Positions 14,904-24,033 of a stretch of DNA of 64,000 bases are shown one piece after another. The notes beneath the pieces are model-generated. The model saw only the letters and a program-made list of their open reading frames with translations. It did no database searches and was not told the origin of the DNA. Positions within the stretch are counted from its first letter, which is position 1, and each line of letters starts with the position of its first letter. The stretch is taken from positions 1-64,000 of IMG/VR virus record IMGVR_UViG_3300045999_002371. The stretch is one strand, 5' to 3'. The translations under genes were made by a program, and so were the position numbers. Origin of the DNA: a virus.

Positions 14904-16409
14904 TTAATCTTCGATTGATTCGGAGATAATCTTTGTAACTGTATCTTCTCGGAGAGCCTCTGGCAACTCACGCAGTGCCTGAGCACGATCTCCGAAGATG
15001 GCAGAGAGAACTCCACCAGAGGATTGACGGCTGGCTGTGATCTGAATGAACTCTTTATTCTGATCCATGTCGTTGACATTGCCCACTAACTTCAGGAGGC
15101 GATCAATCTCTTGAGATAGATTTGGATCTGCGTATCCGCCATTCATTTCCTCAGCAAAACGCATAAAAGCAACTCTTTGCCCCTGCATTTCGATAATTGC
15201 AGTCAGTAATGACTTGAGTTGATCCTTGGTCTTTACCTCTACTGGAAGATTAAATGCACAAGTATTTTGCGGCTTGAACGCTGGGCAGTTAGATGCAACG
15301 AAGCAGGTATCGCATTGACGCAGGGATGTTTGTTGTGTCTGAACGACAGGGACATCCATCAGAACATCTTTGCCATCATCGTCAGTCTCAACAATAGTCT
15401 TCATCTTGAACCCGAAGACAGGCAAGTTTGTCATCTCTTCAGGGGCTCTTTCTACTGCTCCACTGCGCTCCACTTTCCTCCCTTCCACTCCACTGTTATC
15501 AGAAGCGGATAGATCTAATCCCATCAACCCCGTCATCAACTCTTCTCTATTATCAGATAAGTTCTTGTCATTACCGCCCTCGATAATGTGGAAGTTGGGT
15601 GATTTCTTGTCCATGGATTCCTCTAATTTCTTGTATGACCAGACCGCTACTCTAGTGGCTTCAAGGGTACTATCTTTGACAAACTCCGAATAGTCTAGCC
15701 CAGCCTTGTCTACGATGTTCTTGTAGCGAGGTCGTGCCTGATCCTTCATCTTCTTCGGGTAACGCACTAGTCGTGCCCCATCCCAGATGATCGTCTCACC
15801 TCTACGCATGGGCGATAGCCATGACAATGTGCTGGCTGTGACAAATGGTATGGATCTTAGGTTGTCTGGCTTGGCACATCCAAGGGCGTGATAGTTTACC
15901 TTGAACTGGTTGGAGTAGGTCCGTGTCAGAGCGGCCAAGTTAGTTACTGACTCGATCTCGTCATTAGGTATAGCCACATTGTGGAAGTTTCTTGACATCT
16001 CTGCCAACTTACTCTGTCCATACTCTTGATGCCAGATGACCCATAGTTTAGGGTCGTTACTGAAAAAGGAACGCTGTTGCTCTATCCATTCAAGGCCGAG
16101 TACTTGTGAGTCAAACTCTAGGAATCCTTCAGCGCGATCTGCATTGTTGACAAGGAACTCTTGGTAGTCAGCGGCCAAGTCAATTAGTTCCTGACGAGAC
16201 AGTCCAGCCTTGTCAGCCTGTGATGCCCCTGACTCGATGTAGACCTTAGTCTCTGGATCGAAGTGCTCGCTGATAAGCCAGACCTTGGTCTTAGGCAAGC
16301 CACGCTTACGAAGACCCCAAAAGTTGAGTCCCATCGACTCAACCTTTTGACCTTCTAGCAGGGTGCGGTTAGAGCCAACTTCTACCCCTGAGAAGATAAG
16401 TTTAGTCAT
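14904..16409 (-). CDS. Degenerate TGT/DpdA-like TIM-barrel fused to a C-terminal Cys-rich (CxxC-x5-C-x8-C) helical domain
   Basis: IESGA, FLEFD, VIWH, YHALG, PF..ASTLSW...RRG resemble the DSGA/ELD/PVWH/HGLG/DSTSW..RYG pattern of phage TGT-like proteins. Confidence 0.5.
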   Translation of the reverse strand: MTKLIFSGVEVGSNRTLLEGQKVESMGLNFWGLRKRGLPKTKVWLISEHFDPETKVYIESGASQADKAGLSRQELIDLAADYQEFLVNNADRAEGFLEFDSQVLGLEWIEQQRSFFSNDPKLWVIWHQEYGQSKLAEMSRNFHNVAIPNDEIESVTNLAALTRTYSNQFKVNYHALGCAKPDNLRSIPFVTASTLSWLSPMRRGETIIWDGARLVRYPKKMKDQARPRYKNIVDKAGLDYSEFVKDSTLEATRVAVWSYKKLEESMDKKSPNFHIIEGGNDKNLSDNREELMTGLMGLDLSASDNSGVEGRKVERSGAVERAPEEMTNLPVFGFKMKTIVETDDDGKDVLMDVPVVQTQQTSLRQCDTCFVASNCPAFKPQNTCAFNLPVEVKTKDQLKSLLTAIIEMQGQRVAFMRFAEEMNGGYADPNLSQEIDRLLKLVGNVNDMDQNKEFIQITASRQSSGGVLSAIFGDRAQALRELPEALREDTVTKIISESIED

Positions 16410-16890
16410 CCCAGAACTCTAGTTCCTTGGGATTAGCAGCGGCATTAGACTTAGCCACATTGACTCGGTTGATGGAGTTCTCAATCTCAGACCATTGACG
16501 AACCTTCTTTGGCGCATCAGGACGGCGCTCCACAGCAAGGAACCCAGGGTTCATAAACATAACTGCAGGGATACCCTGCTCTTCAAATACCCATGCACAC
16601 ATGGCTGGGTCTGCATCCACATACATCTCGATAGGTGCACGAGAGCGGCTCATAATAAACTGGCGCTTCTTGAGGTCTTCACCTTCAAGATGATAGGAGT
16701 AGTCAATCAGATCATCGTAGTTGATGATTCCGTGAGAGTGAAGCCAGTGCTCTGCATCTTCTTTCTTGCGAGAGGTTCTGATAGCGACTCTGTTGTTGAT
16801 GTTCAAAGCATAGTAGAGCATGACTCCTGCTCTGATTGGATCGCCTGAGTCTGAACTTAATACGCCGTCTAGTGATAGTAATACGTTCAC
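16402..16890 (-). CDS. HAD-fold phosphatase-like protein (degenerate motif I)
   Basis: LLSLDGVL, TSR, K, YVDAD. Confidence 0.65.
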   Translation of the reverse strand: MNVLLSLDGVLSSDSGDPIRAGVMLYYALNINNRVAIRTSRKKEDAEHWLHSHGIINYDDLIDYSYHLEGEDLKKRQFIMSRSRAPIEMYVDADPAMCAWVFEEQGIPAVMFMNPGFLAVERRPDAPKKVRQWSEIENSINRVNVAKSNAAANPKELEFWDD

Positions 16891-16891
16891 G

Positions 16892-17830
16892 TTAGTCCCT
16901 TGTTCGGTAAGTTGCTGCTCTCCTGATTAGTGTCTGTGTGTCTGGTAGTTCGATCCCGTAAGTCTCTTCTGCCTGCTTGTCCTTGTACTGTTTCCAGTAA
17001 TCGTGCATCTGTCGAAGCGCTGGTACTGTTCCGTACTTCTTACCTGCTTGCCAACGGTAGTTGTACACATCTGCATACCCACCACCACTAGGGCTGAAAG
17101 CATAGCGACGACTATGGTGTATGTCCTCAAATAACATAGAGCCATGCATCAGTAACTGCTGTACTCGGAACTCGGCGTTACGACGTGCTGCATCGTTCTG
17201 TGCACCTTTGAGGTCTGCTAATGCTTGTGAGTAGCGCATAACAACATCAGATGCGCTCTGTAAGTCACGTTGTGCAGCCTTCTCTCCTACTGGATTGATA
17301 GGTGCAGACTGCTTCTCTGGGAAGACTGTCCAATCGTTATGGGTTAGGTCATAAGCAGCATAAGGATTGATTGTACGAATATCTGTAGCGCCAGGATTAA
17401 CATAGAAAGTTACTTCAAATCCATTCCAGTCTTTTGTATCTGGCTGTAGATGCTCACGGAAATCTTCATTGAGCATCTTGCTGATCTCTGTATCGCCCAG
17501 TCCGTTGTATTCTGGATGAGCCTTGCGGAACTGGATATAGTCAACGCCGATTAAGACATCTAAGTCTCCTGGTTCACGAGCAGCAGACCACTGATAAGAG
17601 ACTGCAGAACCTGCAAGCCATACTCGTGTCCATAGATCAGGATGACGATAGGTCTCGTTGAGGAAGCCAAACAATACTTGTAGAAGCCCATTACGAACCC
17701 AGCCCTTGAGCGTTGTTCCAGAGAACAGTTCAGGATCTAGAGTATCTTCTGGTTGGGAGAAGTACGATGTCGGTAGAGCCTGTATGGATACAGGTCCAAC
17801 ATATCGGTCTAATCCATCAGGGCGATTCAT
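16892..17830 (-). CDS. Pol-beta-superfamily nucleotidyltransferase
   Basis: LAGSAVSY...GDLDVLI...EVTFYV. Confidence 0.8.
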   Translation of the reverse strand: MNRPDGLDRYVGPVSIQALPTSYFSQPEDTLDPELFSGTTLKGWVRNGLLQVLFGFLNETYRHPDLWTRVWLAGSAVSYQWSAAREPGDLDVLIGVDYIQFRKAHPEYNGLGDTEISKMLNEDFREHLQPDTKDWNGFEVTFYVNPGATDIRTINPYAAYDLTHNDWTVFPEKQSAPINPVGEKAAQRDLQSASDVVMRYSQALADLKGAQNDAARRNAEFRVQQLLMHGSMLFEDIHHSRRYAFSPSGGGYADVYNYRWQAGKKYGTVPALRQMHDYWKQYKDKQAEETYGIELPDTQTLIRRAATYRTRD

Positions 17831-17842
17831 ACCCTTAGTTTA
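17831..17842 (-). promoter_or_regulatory. Putative sigmaA -10 element for a leaderless transcript
   Basis: TAAACT located 6 nt upstream of ATG 17830, no separate spaced SD. Confidence 0.45.
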
Positions 17843-17847
17843 GGTGG

Positions 17848-18123
17848 TTATTCCGCTTGGCGGTTTGCTAAAGCCTCAGCAATGCGTGCTTTTGCCATTT
17901 CTTCTGGAGTTGGCGGCATTAACTTGGCGATAACAGCCTTCGAGATACGATCAGCAAGTAGTTGTGTCTCAATGTCATCAACTAACTCCTTGCAGCATCC
18001 AAATATGTCGTATGTAGTTGCTTGTCGTGCAACTGTGTCGCTGGCAGGAAACACATGAGTCGATAGTGTCCCATCCTCGTTAATAACGATGCTAAAACCT
18101 GCTTGGATCTTCTGATCTTCCAT
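17848..18123 (-). CDS. Hypothetical protein
   Basis: ORF track; coupled. Confidence 0.7.
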   Translation of the reverse strand: MEDQKIQAGFSIVINEDGTLSTHVFPASDTVARQATTYDIFGCCKELVDDIETQLLADRISKAVIAKLMPPTPEEMAKARIAEALANRQAE

Positions 18124-18671
18124 TAGTTCATTCCTAACAATTTTTGTTTACGTTGGGCTACACCGATTGCTACTGGACAAAAATCACACAAGTAAGTCTT
18201 TTGTCCTGGGGTATCTTTGTACTTACCCATACCTTCTTTGATACGGTCTTTTTCTGTCTTAGGGATAAGCATGAGATCGCTCTTGTGCCAGTCTGAACAG
18301 CCATCCTTTGGCTTGTTGTGCTGCTTGTAGCACTTCATCGCATCTTCCATGAACATAGAACGTGAGTCATAGAAGGTCTCATCGATTGATGCTAGACCTG
18401 CTGATCCACCACCCTTAATTTGGCTGATGATTTCTCGCTTAGATTCTTGGTGTGCCCATGCACGAAGAGGCAATACAAACAACTTACCTTTGTGTGGCTC
18501 TCCCGAAGGGAAGACGTGAGACTCACATGCAACTGCAAGGAGATGATCTAACTCTGGCTCACCATCGTATGGTGGCAATTCGTCTAATGATTGACAGACA
18601 AGACAATAAAGCAGCCGAAACATCGGCTCTTGGTCTTTAGGTTTTTCACCCAGAATTGGTACGTTACTCAT
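18123..18671 (-). CDS. Cys-rich hypothetical protein
   Basis: CLVC, C...C...CDFCP; AAGGAG RBS. Confidence 0.75.
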   Translation of the reverse strand: MSNVPILGEKPKDQEPMFRLLYCLVCQSLDELPPYDGEPELDHLLAVACESHVFPSGEPHKGKLFVLPLRAWAHQESKREIISQIKGGGSAGLASIDETFYDSRSMFMEDAMKCYKQHNKPKDGCSDWHKSDLMLIPKTEKDRIKEGMGKYKDTPGQKTYLCDFCPVAIGVAQRKQKLLGMN

Positions 18672-18894
18672 TGTGCTCCTTGTAGTAGTCCGACTATCCT
18701 AACAGATCATTAATCGAATTGTTTAGGCTTTCTTGATTGTTGGTACTGCATCCTTGGCTCTTTGGTGACTTTTTGAGACTCACCGTACGCACGATTCTTT
18801 GACTTACCGCCTATTCGACGATCATTGAACAAGTTGTGTGGTTGTCTACGCTCAAACTCACCAGGGTCTGGTGCTCCAAGTGTTGTTCGCACGA

Positions 18895-19083
18895 TTAACG
18901 GCCAAATCTTCCAACTGTTGATGGCATTCGAACAGGCTTAGTACCCATTGAGCCTCCTAGTTTTGGTGTAACCATTGGAGCAGGTCGCATACCTGAAGAC
19001 CCTGATCCAAATGAGCCTATTGTTGAAGGCATTGGAATTGGTCGAGTTGTGCTACCAAATTGTCTAGGAGAAATGTTTGACAT
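18895..19083 (-). CDS. Small basic low-complexity protein (N-terminal ISPRQF)
   Basis: ORF track; tightly packed operon. Confidence 0.55.
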   Translation of the reverse strand: MSNISPRQFGSTTRPIPMPSTIGSFGSGSSGMRPAPMVTPKLGGSMGTKPVRMPSTVGRFGR

Positions 19084-19085
19084 TG

Positions 19086-19403
19086 TTACATCCGTTCCGT
19101 GCTAATAGCACGGCCACCTTCTGCGTGTACCCAACCACCACTCTGCTTTCGTTGTGGTTCAGGCTTGTCGTACTTTGCCTTCCACGCCGCATCTCCTGCT
19201 GCTCGCATTTTTGATTGGTTACTTTCCCATGCGTTTTGAGCAAGTTTTTTATCTACTGCTGCTGAGAGTGCTTGTCCTTGTGGAGTGGCTGCGCCTTTTT
19301 GCTTTAAACTTGCGACCCATTCGTCTGCAGATTGCACAGGGCGTCGATTGGGAGATGCTGCTCTGTTAGGAACAGCACCAGGGTTCTTTTTAAATAGACC
19401 CAT
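19086..19403 (-). CDS. Small basic protein
   Basis: ORF track. Confidence 0.6.
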   Translation of the reverse strand: MGLFKKNPGAVPNRAASPNRRPVQSADEWVASLKQKGAATPQGQALSAAVDKKLAQNAWESNQSKMRAAGDAAWKAKYDKPEPQRKQSGGWVHAEGGRAISTERM

Positions 19404-19405
19404 AA

Positions 19406-19606
19406 TTACTTACCTGGGTTTACCTTGTTTGGATACTCAGTTGTTGCAAATCCATAGCCATAGAATGGGTGTAGTGATTGACGATTCGCAAGAGTTGCTG
19501 ATGACTCAGTTCCTACCTCTGTATCTGGGCGAACTTTACGGTACTTGCCGTCTGTTGCGCCTTCGTCTAATCCTGCGTTCATTGAACGTGATGTATTAAC
19601 TGTCAT
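19406..19606 (-). CDS. Small hypothetical protein
   Basis: ORF track; AAGG RBS. Confidence 0.6.
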   Translation of the reverse strand: MTVNTSRSMNAGLDEGATDGKYRKVRPDTEVGTESSATLANRQSLHPFYGYGFATTEYPNKVNPGK

Positions 19607-19608
19607 TG

Positions 19609-19836
19609 TTATTTGCCTTTCGGTGTTGTATGTGTGTAATCATGATTACCCCAACTACGGTCACCCATTTTTCCTGCGTCATAATTCTTTGCTGCTTGTG
19701 CGTACGCAGACTTCTTATCTAAACCACCATCTCGTTGAAAGGCTGTTCCTTGTTGCAAGCGTGCAGCCTCTTCATGCACAGCCATACGCTCTTTACGTGC
19801 TGCTGTTGCGCCTTTACGACGGTCATTGAATATCAT
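19609..19836 (-). CDS. Small basic protein
   Basis: ORF track; ATGA overlap. Confidence 0.6.
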   Translation of the reverse strand: MIFNDRRKGATAARKERMAVHEEAARLQQGTAFQRDGGLDKKSAYAQAAKNYDAGKMGDRSWGNHDYTHTTPKGK

Positions 19837-20033
19837 GCCATCTTACCTTTCACTCGTTGTGCATTGCGTTGTGTGACGCAAGAGAGGCAGTGACCTCTGT
19901 TTGCCATAAATTCTACAGGGTTCATAACTACTCCACAGGTTGGACATGGAGCAGATCCGTTGTAACGGGTTGCGTTCTCAGCAATCTGTCGAGCCTGTAA
20001 CTCCATCGATAGCATGCCGTCTCCATCGCTCAT
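19833..20033 (-). CDS. Small zinc-finger protein
   Basis: CPTC...CLSC. Confidence 0.65.
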   Translation of the reverse strand: MSDGDGMLSMELQARQIAENATRYNGSAPCPTCGVVMNPVEFMANRGHCLSCVTQRNAQRVKGKMA

Positions 20034-20308
20034 TACTCTGTCCCTACTCGCATATTGGCTCCAAATCGAAGAGGTTCTCTTACTGCAGTTCCTGGATCTT
20101 GTGCAGCACTTGATTGGTCAGAGAATTGAGAAGAGGAAAGACTTCCTCCAACTAGAGCGGCTTGTCCAGCAACTCTTGCTGCGCCTTTGGCGCCCTTGAC
20201 GCCAAAACGAGCCGTTGTCATAGCACCTCTTGCAGCACCTCGCGCTGCTACACCTGCTGCTCCACGAAGTATCCCTCCGATTGCTATTGCTGCTACTGGA
20301 ATTGGCAT
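20033..20308 (-). CDS. Ala/Gly/Arg-rich small protein (LSSSQF)
   Basis: ORF track; TAATG coupling. Confidence 0.6.
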   Translation of the reverse strand: MPIPVAAIAIGGILRGAAGVAARGAARGAMTTARFGVKGAKGAARVAGQAALVGGSLSSSQFSDQSSAAQDPGTAVREPLRFGANMRVGTE

Positions 20309-20667
20309 TAATTAGACCCCAATGCGTTACGTTCTGCTGCTTGGTATCCAGCGACTCCACCAGAGAACCACGAGATACGAGGTTCAGTATAGTTGCGATC
20401 CACCGTTACGATGTCATCAATTCCAGGTTGTGTTCTCTCGTATCCATAACGCTCTGGAAATAGTTGGATTTGTGGCAGAGGTGGGCGAACCATTGCCTGG
20501 ATGTCTGCTCCAGGAATGTTCATCACCATGAGAGCCTGTGAGGTTAAGCGCTCTGCATTTGTTGACCATGGGCCGTTGTATTGGTAACGCTTTGCCACCT
20601 GATCAGGTTTGATCGGTGCACGCCAAGGCTTAGTATGGTCGTAAACTCCATCAAATTTTTGTGTCAT
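20308..20667 (-). CDS. Hypothetical protein (start reassigned to MTQKF)
   Basis: GAGGAG RBS; ATGA overlap. Confidence 0.65.
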   Translation of the reverse strand: MTQKFDGVYDHTKPWRAPIKPDQVAKRYQYNGPWSTNAERLTSQALMVMNIPGADIQAMVRPPLPQIQLFPERYGYERTQPGIDDIVTVDRNYTEPRISWFSGGVAGYQAAERNALGSN

Positions 20668-21326
20668 CCGATTGCTCCTCTGTGAGTTACCCAAGTAGTT
20701 GCTTGTACTTGATGAGGAAGTGGAACCTCTAACTCTCCAGCAGCATGCTGGTATGCACGAACAAAGTGCTTGTAACGACCTAGTGAACTAAGGCCTAAAT
20801 CTTGAGACATAGTTCCAGTTTGTCGTGGCTCTTCAGCCTTCTTTCCTTTTCCTTGCCCAATGAATGGACGACCCATCGCAATATCATATGCGTGACGGTC
20901 AATTGTCACTGCGTGTGGACTGCTTGGATCATTAATGTTGTGGAAGAAGTTAGTAACTTTGTGTCCACCAAGAACCTGTTCAGGATCTTCTCCTTGATGG
21001 ATACGACGTGCTTTCTCAACGTTTGCTGGAAGAAGAGCACCTTGTACTGTGCCAGTTTTTCTTAACTCATGCGATTCTCGAACGTTACGTTCCCAGTCAC
21101 TCAACGGAGAGAGTGCAGCAATAACTCCTGCACCACGTCGAACATCTCCCCCACCAACTCTAGAGGCTTCTTCGTGTGCTTTCTCGTACCACTCATGTCC
21201 ACCCTTTACAAAATCTGGGGATGCTTGACGATACTTACCAATAATGTTTTCAACATGTCCCTTGAATTGAGACTCTGCTAAGTTCTTATCCCAGCGACCA
21301 TGTGGGTCAACACCAAATTTAGCCAT
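20664..21326 (-). CDS. Phage protein with a putative helix-hairpin-helix DNA glycosylase-like fold
   Basis: WY..A...GVIAALSP...WERN...KVTNF..NI...VTIDRHA...QVQATTW pattern. Confidence 0.55.
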   Translation of the reverse strand: MAKFGVDPHGRWDKNLAESQFKGHVENIIGKYRQASPDFVKGGHEWYEKAHEEASRVGGGDVRRGAGVIAALSPLSDWERNVRESHELRKTGTVQGALLPANVEKARRIHQGEDPEQVLGGHKVTNFFHNINDPSSPHAVTIDRHAYDIAMGRPFIGQGKGKKAEEPRQTGTMSQDLGLSSLGRYKHFVRAYQHAAGELEVPLPHQVQATTWVTHRGAIG

Positions 21327-21327
21327 G

Positions 21328-21861
21328 TTAGTTCCACGTTGGTCTCAAGTAGGCGAGCATCGCCTGACGACGTGCATTGATTTCTCCTGGCTGGTTAGCC
21401 TGTGTATTTGCCTTACCATCGTTAACGAGGTGAGGAGCAGGAGTAAGATGAGTTTGTGGTGCGCTACGAGGAATCATGTATGACACTGCGCCATCTCGAT
21501 TCACAAGTGTTGCTTTCATCTGACGGGCGATACCCATGTCAGGGTTAAATTCTTCAGGCCAGTAGTACATGGATGGCTCAATACGCTCACCCTTGTGTAC
21601 ACCACGTTGATAGGCTTTCTGGTTAACACGGTTCTTGATGCTATCCAACAAACGGTCATCACGACGTGAGCGGATAGTGCCAAGGTAACCATCTGGGTAT
21701 TCCGCAGATGGAACTCTTCCGACACCAATACGGAGTGAATCCATAGTGTCACGGGCTACAGGAGTACCTGCACCACCTTGATTGTTGTATCCAGCAAGAC
21801 CACCGCCACCTAGCGACTGCCAGTTCTGCGATGGTGAAAAGTTGTTATATCCGCCAGCCAT
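21328..21861 (-). CDS. Hypothetical protein (possible virion component)
   Basis: ORF track; PSAEYPDGYLGTI motif. Confidence 0.7.
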   Translation of the reverse strand: MAGGYNNFSPSQNWQSLGGGGLAGYNNQGGAGTPVARDTMDSLRIGVGRVPSAEYPDGYLGTIRSRRDDRLLDSIKNRVNQKAYQRGVHKGERIEPSMYYWPEEFNPDMGIARQMKATLVNRDGAVSYMIPRSAPQTHLTPAPHLVNDGKANTQANQPGEINARRQAMLAYLRPTWN

Positions 21862-22388
21862 TATCGATTCTTTTCTTTTGGCTTTTTCTTTGTGTTACGA
21901 ACTGTATCGAAGGTCTGTACATCGTACATAGCGTCCTCTTTACGTTCTTCCATCTTCTTTGTGGCTTCTTTTTTACTTGTGTAGACACGAGAGGCATCTA
22001 GTTGTACACCGCTCTTTGGATTTTTTGAGTCTACCCATGAGCCGATGTTTACATTCTTATCTTTAGTTCCTAAACGTACTTTTTCTGAGAACTTCGCAAC
22101 TTCATTTGCGCTTAACTTAGGGTCTTTACTTCCTGTATTAACCTTCTTTGTGTTAATACGGCGACCCTGTACATCACGCTCTCCACCAACTGCGTAACCA
22201 ACTGCTGGTTTTTCATCGGTTGTAACGCCAGTGTGCACGTTCATAGTTAGACCACGCTCTACGCCCTGTGGGTCTACCAATGGCTTTGCATTTGTGCGTG
22301 CTGCAAACTCAACTGCACTCAACGCAGGGTGAACACCCTCAGGTCGAATGAGTTTTTCAGGTCGAATTGCAGGACGCTTTCTGCTCAC
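21861..22388 (-). CDS. Basic hypothetical protein (IGSW...QLD.S...A...EDAMYD)
   Basis: ORF track. Confidence 0.65.
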   Translation of the reverse strand: MSRKRPAIRPEKLIRPEGVHPALSAVEFAARTNAKPLVDPQGVERGLTMNVHTGVTTDEKPAVGYAVGGERDVQGRRINTKKVNTGSKDPKLSANEVAKFSEKVRLGTKDKNVNIGSWVDSKNPKSGVQLDASRVYTSKKEATKKMEERKEDAMYDVQTFDTVRNTKKKPKEKNR

Positions 22389-22627
22389 TGGCTTCTACCT
22401 GAACCTTGAGATTGAGGAAGAGTAGTTGTGGATGCAGTGTCATCCCAACTAAAGGTTGTTCCTCTAGTTTTAGATGAGTACGCCAAAGGTCCACCCTTAC
22501 CAATTGACTGATTACGCCACGCAGTTGCCTGCGCTGCACTTCCAGTTGTTGCTTTACTTAATGACAGTGGAGGTGTCATATCTGGTTGTACTGGCTTAAA
22601 CTGACTCGATGAAATTGAGCCACTCAT
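22385..22627 (-). CDS. Small Ser/Thr-rich protein (N-terminal ISSSQF)
   Basis: ORF track. Confidence 0.6.
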   Translation of the reverse strand: MSGSISSSQFKPVQPDMTPPLSLSKATTGSAAQATAWRNQSIGKGGPLAYSSKTRGTTFSWDDTASTTTLPQSQGSGRSQ

Positions 22628-22628
22628 T

Positions 22629-23045
22629 TTAGTAGGTGCTATCTACGCCGCTGTTAAAGTTAGGTGCTTGTCGTCCCATAACTGAAGGAACAATTCGTGC
22701 ATTTGCCATCGTTGCTCCTGCTTCGCTATTGATTGGAGCAGGCATCTTTGCAGTGATGCGGTGTTGTGCACCCTTACGCTCAACGTTCTGACGATTTGCT
22801 TTGTTCATGATTGTTGGATCGCCAGCCTGTGTGTTCTTCTTAGGCATTAACTTTCCAGCAAGTGGTGTTGCACTTGGTGCAGCAAAAGCACTTGTTGCGC
22901 TACCCATGTATGCTCGTGCGCCTGTTGCAACGATCTGCTCTGGTGTTGGGTTAGAATTCATTCTCTTACCTACCGATTCATGATGATTTGAAGGTGCGCC
23001 CATGCGACGACGCATTGCGTGACCCATATCTGTCCAATTGGCCAT
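22629..23045 (-). CDS. Basic low-complexity protein
   Basis: AAGGAG RBS; ORF track. Confidence 0.7.
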   Translation of the reverse strand: MANWTDMGHAMRRRMGAPSNHHESVGKRMNSNPTPEQIVATGARAYMGSATSAFAAPSATPLAGKLMPKKNTQAGDPTIMNKANRQNVERKGAQHRITAKMPAPINSEAGATMANARIVPSVMGRQAPNFNSGVDSTY

Positions 23046-23082
23046 TGTGACTCCTTAGTCTTGTTCCAAGGATACGTCTGTT

Positions 23083-23376
23083 TTAGTTGGCTGTAATAGC
23101 AAACACAATGGCGCTGATCTCACCGTCACGAGATTCAATAGTGGTAAATCCTGGAATACAGGATAAATCCATGCCTCGTGGGGCTACGTAGCCTCTGGCG
23201 ATTGCGATTGCTTTGACTGCCTGGTTTACCGCTCCTGCACCTACAGCACGAAGTTTTACTTCCTTCTTGTCGTAGATTGCGTGAGCGATTGCTGAGGCAA
23301 CACTCTGAGGGTTTGAAGAGGCGCTGACACGTAGGAACGGTTCTTCAGCAGAAATAGGTGAAATTGATTCTGTCAC
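23083..23376 (-). CDS. spoVS: SpoVS-family (Alba-like) protein; probable GTG start at 23376
   Basis: LRVSASSNPQSVASAIA...RAVGAGAVNQAVKAIAIARGYVAP.G.DL..IPGF is the SpoVS signature. Confidence 0.92.
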   Translation of the reverse strand: MTESISPISAEEPFLRVSASSNPQSVASAIAHAIYDKKEVKLRAVGAGAVNQAVKAIAIARGYVAPRGMDLSCIPGFTTIESRDGEISAIVFAITAN

Positions 23377-23430
23377 AGTTATTAGTCCTTTGGTTCGAGT
23401 TAGTGTGCCGCTCCTAACCAAAGGGTAAGG

Positions 23431-24033
23431 CTAAAGTCTTGCTTGGTCTCGGTATTTAGGGTCTTCAATTTGTTTGGCTACTGCCTTCTCGATTTCATCA
23501 ATCGCAGTTTTTCCAGCAAGCCTTCCTAGAGCGTAGGCATCTGCAGCATTGTCATCATTGAACTCTATGCCCCACCTCTTGTAGATTTGCATCAACATCT
23601 CTTGCTTTTTGGCGTTTCCTTTACCTGAGGCGTACTTCTTCAATGTCATTGGCGGAACTTTCAATGGGTAGCGACAGTTCTCATCTTCACCAAAGTAATC
23701 GTAGATCGCCATCTTGACTACCGCAGCCAACTCCCCAAGGACTAGGGCTGAGTGACTAGCAAGGACTGAACCTTCCATGGCAATGTCTGTGATGCCGTGA
23801 TTCTCGGACACATAATCAAGGGTGTCTATCAACCACTGGCGAATATCTACAAGCCGTTCAATACCAAAATACGGAGACTTGTATACCCATGTGATGTGTT
23901 TTTCTGGTTCTGCAATACTTACTGCAGACAAAGCAAACCCCGTTAACGATTGGTCAATACCAATCGCAACGAGGACTTGCTCATCTGTTAAACCGCCATC
24001 AAACAGTTTTGTTGGCACGGACGGCTCTTTCAT
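23431..24033 (-). CDS. ruvC: RuvC-like Holliday junction resolvase
   Basis: IGIDQSL, IAMEG, PPMTLKKYASGKGNAKK, DNAADA. Confidence 0.88.
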   Translation of the reverse strand: MKEPSVPTKLFDGGLTDEQVLVAIGIDQSLTGFALSAVSIAEPEKHITWVYKSPYFGIERLVDIRQWLIDTLDYVSENHGITDIAMEGSVLASHSALVLGELAAVVKMAIYDYFGEDENCRYPLKVPPMTLKKYASGKGNAKKQEMLMQIYKRWGIEFNDDNAADAYALGRLAGKTAIDEIEKAVAKQIEDPKYRDQARL

